Notes under the pieces: model-generated
Database searches by the model: none
Seen by the model: only the letters and a program-made list of their open reading frames with translations
Told to the model about the DNA's origin: nothing
Made by a program: the position numbers and the translations under genes
NCBI GenBank assembly: GCA_963825585.1
Contig: CAWGTX010000008.1
Coordinates: forward strand, 107,908 to 171,907
Direction: 5' to 3'
Origin: an uncultured bacterium
GTDB taxonomy: Bacteria; Actinomycetota; Acidimicrobiia; Spongiisociales; ZC4RG35
Length of the DNA: 64,000 nucleotides
In this document: piece by piece, positions 39,305 to 48,033 of the stretch
How positions within the stretch are numbered: the first letter of the stretch is position 1
How the letters are laid out: each line of letters opens with the position of its first letter

Positions 39305-39541
39305 ATGAAGGTACGGCTCATCTGGATCGGGCTCGGCCTCGTGACAGCCGCCATCCTCGGCCTGTACGTGGCGATATCCGGATCGCCGATCCGGACGTCG
39401 GCCACGATCGGAGGTGCCTCACTGCTCGACGACAACCGCATCGAGGTGTACCTCGACTGCGGTTCCGACGTCGTGTGGGACGTCGACGAGTCTCCGGACC
39501 GGGTGGCTGGCGGACGTTCGCATGTTCCACCGACCGGGTGA
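39305..39541 (+). CDS. hypothetical membrane-anchored small protein (possibly frameshifted and longer, to about 39642)
   Basis: ATG 39305 within ORF 39122..39541. MKVRLIWIGLGLVTAAILGLYVAI TM helix. Protein-like text (LGDRPLIDAATGDEVEVGNR-stop) continues in another frame to about 39642. Confidence 0.35.
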   Translation: MKVRLIWIGLGLVTAAILGLYVAISGSPIRTSATIGGASLLDDNRIEVYLDCGSDVVWDVDESPDRVAGGRSHVPPTG

Positions 39542-39648
39542 CTGCTCTGCCGGGGCCATCATCGAACTCGCAGGCGCCGCTCGGCGATCGCCCCCTCATC
39601 GACGCCGCCACCGGTGACGAGGTCGAGGTGGGGAACCGCTGACACGAG

Positions 39649-39849
39649 TCAGTCCCCGGGAGCGGGTTGTCGGTCGAGCCACCGCTGGAGCGTGTCGGTG
39701 GTCCAGGTGGCGACCCCAGAGCCCAGGAAATCACCATCGTTGGTCCAGATTGCGGCAGAGAGCACCAGCGCCGAGGCGACGACAGGCCAGTCCGAGGGGT
39801 GACGGAGGCAGTGCTCCCTCGCCACGTCGTTCTGGGCAAGTAGAGAGAA
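39649..39849 (-). pseudogene. C-terminal remnant of a PIN-domain toxin
   Basis: My translation, with no start codon so not in the ORF track: ...AQNDVAREHCLRHPSDWPVVASALVLSAAIWTNDGDFLGSGVATWTTDTLQRWLDRQPAPGD-stop. Lies downstream of the orphan Phd/YefM gene on the same strand. Confidence 0.45.
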
Positions 39850-40122
39850 TCACGTTCGTCTCGATGGCCTGCAGGCAGGATTGCGTGAGGCGTTGGCCAT
39901 CTCGTGGTAGAGACGGTGGCGTCGAGCGAACGACGGTCGTCTGGCACAATGAGGCTTAGCGGATAGGGGTGGCGGACGCCCCCACACAGTGGGGAGGGGG
40001 CCGTCCGGCGCAAGCGCCGGGCGACGAAGGAGCGGGGTAGGGGTCGAGAGTCCACGAGACCAACTCCGCACACGTTCCGGAACGCCCCTTCATGCTCGCG
40101 AGGGATAGGCCCCCCTTTTCGA

Positions 40123-40305
40123 CTACCTGATCGACGGCCCGTCCCAGCCGAGTCCCAGCGCGTCGGCCCCGGCTTCGCGGTCGACGGCGACGATCGGCAC
40201 GAAGAACCCGATGGGCTCACCGTGGCGCTCGACGATCAGCGTCTCGCCGGACGCCATCAGCTGAGTGGCCTGATCCCTGAACTCCCTGATCCCGATCGAC
40301 CGCAC
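40123..40305 (-). CDS. Phd/YefM-type antitoxin (orphan)
   Basis: GTG 40305 lies 7 nt after AGGAGG. VRSIGIREFRDQATQLMASGETLIVERHGEPIGFFVPI. Inner part of ORF 40123..40470. Confidence 0.65.
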   Translation of the reverse strand: MRSIGIREFRDQATQLMASGETLIVERHGEPIGFFVPIVAVDREAGADALGLGWDGPSIR

Positions 40306-40374
40306 TTCCCGACCTCCTGGGACCACAAGTGTAGCCACTTTGAACCCAGGTGCCAGCTTCCAGCTAGCGAACGC

Positions 40375-40854
40375 TGCCAGGTGGGCCACTGGGAAGGTGA
40401 CCTGATCGTCGGTGCCTACTCCCAAACCAGCATTGTCACCCTGTATGAACGAGTGACACGACTCACCCATCTCATCGCTCTTCCCAACGGCAAGACCGCT
40501 CTGGCAGTCTCAGCAGCACTCGCTGCCTGGCTTCTCACCCTGCCCCCAGACCTACGACGTTCCCTCACCTGGGACCGGGGAGCCGAAATGGCGCACTGGC
40601 AGAACCTTGAAGACCTGCTCGAGCTGGGTGTGTACTTCGCTGACCCCCACGCCCCCTGGCAGCGGGCAGGGAACGAACAGAACAACGGCATCCTGCGCCG
40701 CTGGTTCCCCAAAGGCACCAGCCTGGCCGACCCCGACAACACTCGCATCCCCCGAGTCCTACACATCATCAACAACCAACCCCGCAGAAGCCTCGACTGG
40801 AAAACCCCCAACCAAGCCCTCAACACCTACCATCAACTCCACTTCGTGCACTGA
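40375..40854 (+). mobile_element. IS30 family transposase remnant (catalytic DDE domain only, N-terminal DNA-binding region missing)
   Basis: ORF 40222..40854. Homology text starts at GHWEGDLIVG, then LTWDRGAEMA and PWQRAGNEQNNGILRRWFPKG. The upstream part of the ORF only mirrors the antitoxin gene. No inverted repeats were recognised. Confidence 0.75.
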
Positions 40855-40945
40855 CCGTTAGAACCAGCGCCCTTCCCCCTCTCGCAAGCTCGAGGGGGAC
40901 AAAGCTGTTCCCTATCCACGCGACCTATTGTGCAAAACGTGGAAA

Positions 40946-41066
40946 CTCGCTCGTCGCTCGTCGCTCGTCGCTCGTCGCTCGTCGCTCGTCGCTCGTCGCT
41001 CGTCGCTCGTCGCTCGTCGCTCGTCGCTCGTCGCTCGTCGCTCGTCGCTCGTCGCTCGTCGCTCGT
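40946..41066. repeat. about 17 near-perfect tandem copies of the heptamer GCTCGTC (CGACGAG on the minus strand)
   Basis: The read-through is unbroken from 40946 to 41066 and abuts the formamidase stop codon at 41067. Confidence 0.9.
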
Positions 41067-42056
41067 TCAGAACTCGAGAGCGCTCTTCGCCAACATCATG
41101 TGACACCCTTTGTTGACGTTGACGAGCTGGCTGATGCGGACGTCGGCGGCGAGGCTGCACAGGGTGTAGGCGTCCTCGGCTGACAGGTCGGTGAGCTGTC
41201 GGATCAGGGTGATCATCTCGCGGATCGCCTGGCGGGCGGCGTCGTCGAGGTCCTGGTCGATGCCGATGGTGATGTGGTGGGTGGGCGGTCTCGGCCCGGG
41301 GCATCCAGGTGCGGAGGTCCTTGCGAGACGTGCACCTCGAAGGTGCCGCTCAGCGACGGTCTCCGCCGCCGACAGGCAGCTCTCGCCGTCACCCTGGATG
41401 GCGTGGCCGTCACCGACCATCAGACCGGCGCCCTCGGTTGAACACCGGCAGGTACAGGGTGGAGCCGGGGCGGAGCTCTTTGATGTCGAGGTTGCCGCCG
41501 TGCGCCTGCGGGGCGATCGAGCTGATCGTGCCCCACTCGGCGGGCGGAAGGGTTCCGATCACGCCGAAGAACGGATCGAGGGGGATGGCACCGCCCCACG
41601 GCATCCGGGCCACCATCGCCTCCCGGTCGAGCTCGATGCCGAGGATGCGCCGGTCGGGGAAGTGCCCCCTACCCGCAAGCGGGTCCCTTCCCCCCTCGCA
41701 AGCTCGGGGGGACAAGACTCACGGCCGCAGCGGCATGATCATGTTCCACGCCCAGTCCTGACGCAGGCGAACGTCGAGCACCCGCACCTCCAGGGTGTCA
41801 CCCGGCTCGGCGCCGCGCACGTGGATGGGGCCGTTCATGATGTGGCCGGGAAGATCGGCCGGTGGGTGTCGAGGAACTCCCGGTGCTCGGGCAGCAGACG
41901 CGCCCAGTACTCCTCGGGGAACTGGCCGGGTCCGCCGTGGACGTTGTCGATGTCGACGACGTCGCCCGAATCGATGGTGAGGACCGGCTCGAACCCTGCC
42001 GAGAACGCTCCCCACTTCAACTGGTCGGGGATCGCCGGCAGGTGGTGGCGGGTCAC
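41067..42056 (-). pseudogene. acetamidase/formamidase family gene with several frameshifts, an in-frame stop and an inserted repeat
   Basis: Fragments are spread over ORFs 41067..41420, 41213..41413, 40912..41304, 41410..41715, 41719..42015 and 41835..42575. Examples: LKWGAFSAGFEPVLTIDSGDVV, GHIMNGPIHVRGAEPGDTLEV, GGNLDIKELRPGSTLYLPVF, MVGDGHAIQGDGE, RISQLVNVNKGCHMMLAK. Confidence 0.75.
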
Positions 42057-43700
42057 TCGGTGACGGCCCCCGGTGCGACTGCTTCGATGTCGGTGACGAC
42101 GTCGATCACCACGGGGCGGTCCATCTTCAAGCGCCCGTTCCATCGCCGGCTTGAAGTCGGAGGCCTTCTCGACCCGGATGCCCGACGGCGCCCATGCTCT
42201 CGGCCACCGCCGCGAAGTCGACCTCGGTGAACACCCACAGCTCCTGGGCCTGTTCGGTCTGCTTGCCGCCGTAGGCGCGGTCGAAGCCGCGCATCGACTG
42301 GTTGCCGGAATGGTTGTCGTTGACCACGGTGACGGTGTTGATGCCGAAGCGGACGGCGGTCTCGATGTCGCCGACGTGGTACCAGAAGCCCGAGTCGCCG
42401 GTGAAACACACCACCGGCCGGTCGGGTGCTCCGCACTTGGCGCCGAGCGAGGCGGGAAACGCCCAGCCGAGATGGCCGGCAGAACGCATGTAGCTCTGGG
42501 TTGGGGTGCGCAGATCGTAGAAACCACCCATCCACATGCCGGCGTGGCCGGTGTCCACCACCACGATGCCGTCATCAGGCACCACGTCGGTGAGATCGGC
42601 GCACATCCGCTCGGGCCGGATCGGCACGTTGTCGGATCCCATCAGCGGGGCGTACTCGTCGTACCAGGCTGCCACGATGCCCCGGCAGTGCTCCACCCAT
42701 CCCGACCGGGCGGAGGCCGACGCCGAGTCGGACAGCTCCAGCATCCGCCGCAGCGTCTCCTTGGCGTCGGCGTTGATGCCCACCAGCGGCGGGTAGTTGC
42801 GTCCGATCGCCTCGGGTTCGATGTCGATCTGGATGGTGCGGGCGTCCGAGCGCCGGGAACCTTCCAGAAGTGGGTGGTCATGCCTCCGGTCTCGGTGCCG
42901 ATGTAGACGACCAGGTCGGCCCGGTTGACGGTGCGGTTGGCGGACGCCCGCGAGTACGTGCCCACCACACCCACCGACAGCGGATGCACACCCGGAATCG
43001 TGTCCTTGGCGTTGAGTGAGGTGGCGACCGGGATCTGGAGCCGTTCGGCCAGCGCCACCAGCTCGGCCCCGGCGCCCGAGGCGCGGACGCCGCCACCGGC
43101 CACGATCACCGGACGTTCGGCGGCTTCGATGAAGCCGAGCGCAGCACGCACCGACTCGTCGTCGGGAAGGGGACGGTACGGCGGGACCGCGGCGAACTGG
43201 GCCTCGACCCGGCCATCCATCTCGGCCTCGTCGAGGTCGATCTGGCCCTCGTTGCCCCGGAACTGCAGGTGGACCGGCCCGGGTGCGCCGGTGGTGGCGA
43301 CCCGGAACGCCTGACGGAGCATGTCGGGAATGCGCTCCACCGAGTCGATGGTGGCATTGAACTTGGTCACCGGCTCGAAGGCGGGAACGTCGTCGATCTC
43401 CTGATACACCTTTCGGAACTTGGTGCTCGGGTCGCGTCCACCGGTCATGGCGATCACGGGGGAGTGCGCCAGGTAGGCGTCACGCAGCCCGGCCGCCAGG
43501 TTGAGGGCGCCGATCACCTGGGCCATGCACACGCCGGGGCGACCCGAGGCCCGGGCGTAGCCGTCGGCCATGTAGGCCGCCGGCTTCTCGCCGTGCGGAC
43601 GGATCCGCTTGATCCCGGTCCGTGCCTCGATCTCCACCATGGTGCGGCGGACGACGGCCGGGACGTGGAAGACGTGACTGACCTCGTAGGCCTCGAGCAT
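42053..43700 (-). pseudogene. thiamine-diphosphate enzyme (acetolactate synthase / sulfoacetaldehyde acetyltransferase-like) with two or more frameshifts
   Basis: N-terminal two thirds in ORF 42642..43700. The ThDP-binding part is in ORF 42127..42783 (GDSGFWYH...VNDNHSGNQ). The C-terminus is in ORF 42053..42535 (DRPVVIDVVTD). A further shift is possible at the extreme N-terminus (ATG 43739). Confidence 0.7.
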
Positions 43701-43727
43701 CTCGGCGAGGAGCGACGGCTCCGGTCG

Positions 43728-44124
43728 TCATGTCGTCACCTCGAAGACGGCGGTACCGGTGGTGGTGACGGTGCCGTCCGCCTTCCGGATCCACACTTCG
43801 GTGGTCACCTTGGAACTCCGTCGGTCTCGATGATCGTACCGCCGCAGTCGAGCGAGTCGCCCAGGTATGCGGGGGCGAGGTGCTGGTAGGTGATCGACGC
43901 TGAGCCGGGCCCTCGATCCCAGCGCCTGTTGGACGGCCTGGACCATGTAGGTGCCCTGGAGGGGACCGTGGACGAGCAGGCCAGGGTGGCCGTCGTGTTC
44001 GGTGGTGAAGGGGAGGTCGTAGTGAATGCGGTGGATGAGCCACGACGCGCCGCTGAACATGAACAGGTCGATCGGCGTCGGGTCGGTGACGGTTGGGACT
44101 TCGACTCCGGCGATAGGCGCTCAT
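43728..44124 (-). pseudogene. MaoC-like (hotdog) dehydratase subunit with multiple frameshifts
   Basis: ATGA overlap with the upstream gene. Readable pieces: IAGVEVPTVTDPTPIDLFMFSGASWLIHRIHYDLPFTTEHDGHPGLLVHGPLQG and VTTEVWIRKADGTVTTTGTAVFEVTT. Confidence 0.6.
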
Positions 44125-44610
44125 CGGTAGATCCTCGTGAATTCCTCGCGGGCGACCACGTCGCCCTGCTGGTTGGTGAAGGTGAACTCCATCTTCACGA
44201 ACACCAGGGTGCCGCTGCGCCCTTCCTTCTCGAACAGGTCGGTGATGCGTTTGGTCGACGGTGACCACGTCGCCGGCAACGATCGGCTCGCCCAGCTCGA
44301 TGGTGATCTCGCCCGCCATCGCCCGGGTGGTGGGCAGCGGGGGAACGTCGGCGCTGGCCGACCCGTCCGGCTCCAGCTGGTCCTGGCCAACCAGGTGTGA
44401 TGCGTGCATGCGGATCACGTACGGGAAGAAGGGCGGTGCCACGATGTCGGCGTATCCGGCTTCGGCGGCGGCGTCCGGGTCGAAGTGGATCGGGTCGGTT
44501 TCACCGATGGCGTGGGCGTACTTCTGGATGTCCCGCCGGCCAACGTCGAAGACGTAACGGGGGAATCCGCTCTGCGCCCATTGCCTGGCTTCTTCGGTGA
44601 TGACTCCCAT
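44121..44610 (-). pseudogene. MaoC-like dehydratase N-terminal-type subunit, one frameshift near 44255
   Basis: ATG 44610 after AAGGAGGA. MGVITEEARQWAQSGFPRYVFDVGRRDIQKYAHAIGETDPIHFD... continues in ORF 44121..44390 (ITDLFEKEGRSGTLVFVKMEFTFTNQQGDVVAREEFTRIYR). Confidence 0.65.
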
Positions 44611-44629
44611 CAGGCGATCCTCCTTCTGT

Positions 44630-44741
44630 GCACGAGGCGAGGGGCGAGGGGCGAGGGGCCGGAAATCTGAAACCCCCAAGCTCGACCGCATGACATGGCG
44701 TTCATGGTCTGGCTCCTCGCTCCTCGCTCCATGCCCCTCGC
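44630..44741. repeat. heptamer-armed hairpin element (CGAGGGG left arm, inverted CGAGGAG right arm)
   Basis: gcacgaggcgaggggcgaggggcgaggggcc (44630-44660) and ggctcctcgctcctcgctccatgcccctcgc (44711-44741). The core shares ggcgtt..ctggctcctcg with the elements at 1227 and 59038. Confidence 0.75.
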
Positions 44742-44748
44742 TGATTCA

Positions 44749-45893
44749 TCAGAGCCCCATCGTCTTGGCGATGATGTTGCTTCTGGATGTCCGACGTCCC
44801 GGCGCCGATCACGCCGAGCCGGGACTCGCGGTAAGTGGCGTTGGAGGTCGTACTCCATCGTGTAGCCGTACCCGCCCAACACCTGCAGACCCATGTCGGC
44901 CACCTGCTTGTAGGACTCGCAGGCGTACAGCTTGAGAATGGCCGCGTCGCGGGTGGTGGCCTTGCCCTTGTCGAGCCGGGCGGCGTAGCGGTACACGAGC
45001 ATCTCGGAGATCTCGGTCATCACCTGCATCTCGGCGAGACGGTGGGAGACGGCCTGGAAGTTCGAGATCGGCTGGTCGAACTGTCTTGCGGGTCTTGGCG
45101 TAGTCGAGTCGAATCGGCCAGGGCGGCCTTGGCGGCGCCGGTCCGGGCGGCCGACAGGCACAGGCGCTCGTAGCGGAGATAGACGCCCAGGTCGTTCCAA
45201 CCGTTGTGCAGGTGCCGAGCATCCGGCTCGGGCACCCGCACGTCGGTGAAGGTGAGCATTGCCGGTCCCGAGCGGCCAGTGGCCGAGGGTCTCGATCGGA
45301 TGCCACTCGAGGCCGGGCGTGTCGCAGTCGACCAGGAAGTTGGTGATGCCGTGGTGCTTCTTGCCCTCAGACGAGGTGCGGGTGGCGACCACGTCGAGGT
45401 CGGACGCCTTGAAGCCCGACGTGAACACCTTCTGGCCGTTGAGGATGTAGTCGTCGCCGTCCTGTTCGGCTTTGAGCGAGATCGAGGCGGCGTCGGAGCC
45501 GGCGTCAGGTTCGGTGAGCGAGAAGCACACCGACAACTCGCCCGATGCGACCTTGGGAAGTAGTTCTTGCTTCTGCTGCTCGGTTCCGTCACGGCTGATG
45601 GCGAGGCCACCCCAGGTCACGGCCCGGAACACCCAGAAGGCGAGATCGAGGAACGACTCGCCCAGTTCCTCGAGCAGGATCGCTACCTCGACGGCCCCGC
45701 CGCCGGCGCCGCCGTTCTCCTCGGGGATGTTGATGCCGAGCCAGCCCTGCTCGCCCAGCTTCCTGTACAGCTCGGTGGGTGGGCGGCGATCTCGGTCGCA
45801 CTCACGGACGTACTCGCGGGTGATCTCCCGGTCGCAGAAGTCGCGAACGGTGGACCGGAACAGTTCCTGTTCGGGCGTGAACTCGATGTCCAT
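44749..45893 (-). pseudogene. acyl-CoA dehydrogenase with three or more frameshifts
   Basis: ORF 44610..45911 starts well (MDIEFTPEQELFRSTVRDFCD..., LTEPDAGSD) and goes out of frame after ...IETLGHWP. It is back in frame at PISNFQAVSHRLAEM. The C-terminus (YRESRLGVIGAGTSDIQ, then NIIAKTMGL-stop at 44749) is split over two more frames. Confidence 0.7.
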
Positions 45894-45961
45894 GGATGGC
45901 AGGCCTTCCACTCGGGCCGGGCCTCGAGGGTTTCCCCGACCGATTCATTGGGCGTGAACTG

Positions 45962-45978
45962 TCTCACTTGGCGAGACG
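45962..45978. promoter_or_regulatory. 17-nt palindrome GTCTCACTTGGCGAGAC (candidate operator, copy 1)
   Basis: GTCTC-N7-GAGAC inverted repeat, 69 nt upstream of the ACAD start (45893, minus strand). Confidence 0.55.
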
Positions 45979-46049
45979 TGTATTGAAATGAGGGTACCGA
46001 CGGCCGTGTTCGAATGTCAACTGGGATTCTCTGGAAGGGCCGGAATCTG

Positions 46050-46079
46050 TTGACAGCACGGGCGCTACGACCGTAAGGT
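46050..46079 (+). promoter_or_regulatory. candidate sigma-70-type promoter TTGACA-N18-TAAGGT
   Basis: TTGACA at 46050-46055 and TAAGGT at 46074-46079. It faces the 46140 operon. Confidence 0.5.
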
Positions 46080-46096
46080 TGGAGCGTTCCGACCAC

Positions 46097-46113
46097 GTCT
46101 CACTTGGTGAGAC
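46097..46113. promoter_or_regulatory. 17-nt palindrome GTCTCACTTGGTGAGAC (candidate operator, copy 2)
   Basis: Differs from copy 1 at the central base only. It starts 18 nt downstream of the -10 hexamer and ends 27 nt before the TTG start at 46140. Confidence 0.55.
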
Positions 46114-46139
46114 GCCGCGGCCACAGTGGAGGTGTCCCC

Positions 46140-47111
46140 TTGTCAGAATCACCCACCATCGAGACCATCCGCGCCCAGATCGAGCGCCACGGCAATTGGG
46201 GGCGTTGGGGCGACGAGGACGAGAAGGGCACCCTCAACCTGGTCGGTCCCGAGCAGGTGCTCGCCGCTTCGAAGCTGGTCAAGCGGGGCGTCACCATCTC
46301 GATGGCTCTCCCCTACGACGAGGCCGGCCCCCAGACCGGCAACCTGGGCCGATTCAATCCCATCCACCTCATGATCCGTGACGGTTCGGATGTCATCTCC
46401 GGTGCATCGGTCAGAGACTTCTACGGCGGTGTCGACAAACACTTCCGTGGCACCGACGATCTCATCATCATGCCGCTGCAGAGCGGTACCCAATGGGACG
46501 CCCCCGGGCACGTGGTGTTCGAGAACAAGATCTACAACGGCTTCGGCGCCGAGATGGTCAGCAGTAAGGGCGCTCTCCGTGGCTCTGTCAAGAACGCCTG
46601 CGACTCCATGGTGGGACGTGGCGTCCTGCTCGACATCCCGCGGGCGCTCGGCGTCGAGTGGCTCGAACCGGGATACCCCATCACCGGAGACGACCTCGAC
46701 CGGGCCGCCGAGATGGGTGGCATCGAGGTGGGCGTGGGCGACTTCGTGTTCGTGCGCACGGGGGCTATGACCATGGCCCGGGCCGCCGGCACCTGGGGTG
46801 ACTATGCCGGAGGCGACGCCGCCGGACTGGGGATCGCCAGTGTCGACTGGATCGCCGAGCGGGACGTGGCGGCGGTCGCCACCGACACCTGGGGCCTCGA
46901 GGTCCGACCCAACGAGACTCCCGACGTCTCCCAACCGCTCCACATCGTCTTCATCCAGGCGATGGGTCTGTGGCTGGGCGAGATCTTCGACCTCGACCCG
47001 ATCGCCGACGACTGCGCGGCCGACGGCGTCTACGAGTTCATGTTCGCCGGGCCGCCGCTTCCGTTCACGAGAGCGGTCGGCTCGCCGCTCAACCCGATGG
47101 CAATCAAGTAA
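46140..47111 (+). CDS. cyclase family hydrolase (kynurenine formamidase-like fold)
   Basis: TTG 46140 lies 8 nt after GGAGG, within ORF 46104..47111. The start is uncertain. QSGTQWDAPGHV motif. Confidence 0.75.
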   Translation: MSESPTIETIRAQIERHGNWGRWGDEDEKGTLNLVGPEQVLAASKLVKRGVTISMALPYDEAGPQTGNLGRFNPIHLMIRDGSDVISGASVRDFYGGVDKHFRGTDDLIIMPLQSGTQWDAPGHVVFENKIYNGFGAEMVSSKGALRGSVKNACDSMVGRGVLLDIPRALGVEWLEPGYPITGDDLDRAAEMGGIEVGVGDFVFVRTGAMTMARAAGTWGDYAGGDAAGLGIASVDWIAERDVAAVATDTWGLEVRPNETPDVSQPLHIVFIQAMGLWLGEIFDLDPIADDCAADGVYEFMFAGPPLPFTRAVGSPLNPMAIK

Positions 47112-47136
47112 CCGACACAGGAAGGTACACACCGTC

Positions 47137-48033
47137 ATGGAGGCACTCCGTTCGATGCTGTTCACGCCGGGCCACCGGCGCGACCTCATCGAGAAGGCGA
47201 TCAAGTCCGGCACCGACGCCGTGATCATCGACATCGAGGACGCGGTAGCCCTCGACCAGAAGCCGGTCGCCCGGGAACTGCTGGCTGATCTGCCGCCCTC
47301 GCCGATCCCGCTGTACGTGCGAACCAACGCGGTTGAGACCGGGATGATGTGGGACGACATCGTCGCTGCCGGCAAGGCCGGTGTCACCGGTCTGGTCATC
47401 CCCAAGGCCGAACAGCCGGGTGTGATCAAGGAGATCGACGGAGCCCTCACCGCCCTCGAGATGGCCTTCGGCCACGAGGTCGGGAAGATGGAGATCATCC
47501 CGCTCATCGAAAGCGGACTCGGCGTCCGCAACACCTACGACATGGCCACGGCCAGCGCCCGGGTGGAATGCATGATGTTCGGCGGCGGCGAGCAGGGCGA
47601 CCTGGTGGCCGACCTGGGCTGCGAGTGGACGCCGGAAGGAACCGGTCTCATGCAGGCCCGCTCCCAGATGCTGATGGAGTCCCGGGCAGCCGGCATCCAG
47701 CACCCCTTCGAGGCGGTGTTCATGGACTTCCGCAACCTCGACGCCCTCCGGGTGGAGAGCGAGCTGGCCCGCACCCTCGGATACGTGGGCAAGGTCGCCA
47801 TCCACCCCGCCCAGGTGGCTGTGATCAACGACGTCTTCACCCCTACGCCCGATGTGGTGGCGTACCAGCGCAAGGTGCTGGCCGCCTTCGAGCAGGCGTT
47901 GGAGGAAGGGTCGGCCTCGATCGCCGTCGACGGTCGGATGGTCGACTACGCAGTGGCCCGGGTGGCCCGGGTGGTCATCGCCCGAGCAGAGGCGGCGGAG
48001 CGGGCACAGGCCCGGTTGGAGAACAACGGATGA
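47137..48033 (+). CDS. HpcH/HpaI aldolase / citrate-lyase beta subunit-like (CitE-like acyl-CoA lyase)
   Basis: ATG 47137 within ORF 46798..48033. MLFTPGHRRDLIEKAIKSGTDAVIIDIEDAV and IPLIES motifs. Confidence 0.8.
   Translation: MEALRSMLFTPGHRRDLIEKAIKSGTDAVIIDIEDAVALDQKPVARELLADLPPSPIPLYVRTNAVETGMMWDDIVAAGKAGVTGLVIPKAEQPGVIKEIDGALTALEMAFGHEVGKMEIIPLIESGLGVRNTYDMATASARVECMMFGGGEQGDLVADLGCEWTPEGTGLMQARSQMLMESRAAGIQHPFEAVFMDFRNLDALRVESELARTLGYVGKVAIHPAQVAVINDVFTPTPDVVAYQRKVLAAFEQALEEGSASIAVDGRMVDYAVARVARVVIARAEAAERAQARLENNG

Noticed and set aside
39950-40122. tRNA-like or att-site fragment (ggggtaggggtcgagagtcc resembles a T-arm), or a structured RNA next to the TA/IS scar.
   Set aside because: No cloverleaf can be drawn, because the T-stem halves are not complementary and there is no acceptor or anticodon arm. 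The segment matches the GC-rich repeat family instead, with a 23-nt identity to 49199-49221.
40912-41304. ORF encoding an (ERRATSD)n repeat protein, and the mirror ORF 40928..41116 (SLVARRS)n.
   Set aside because: Both are simply translations of the 17-copy heptamer DNA repeat in different frames. The non-repeat part of 40912..41304 is an out-of-frame piece of the formamidase pseudogene.
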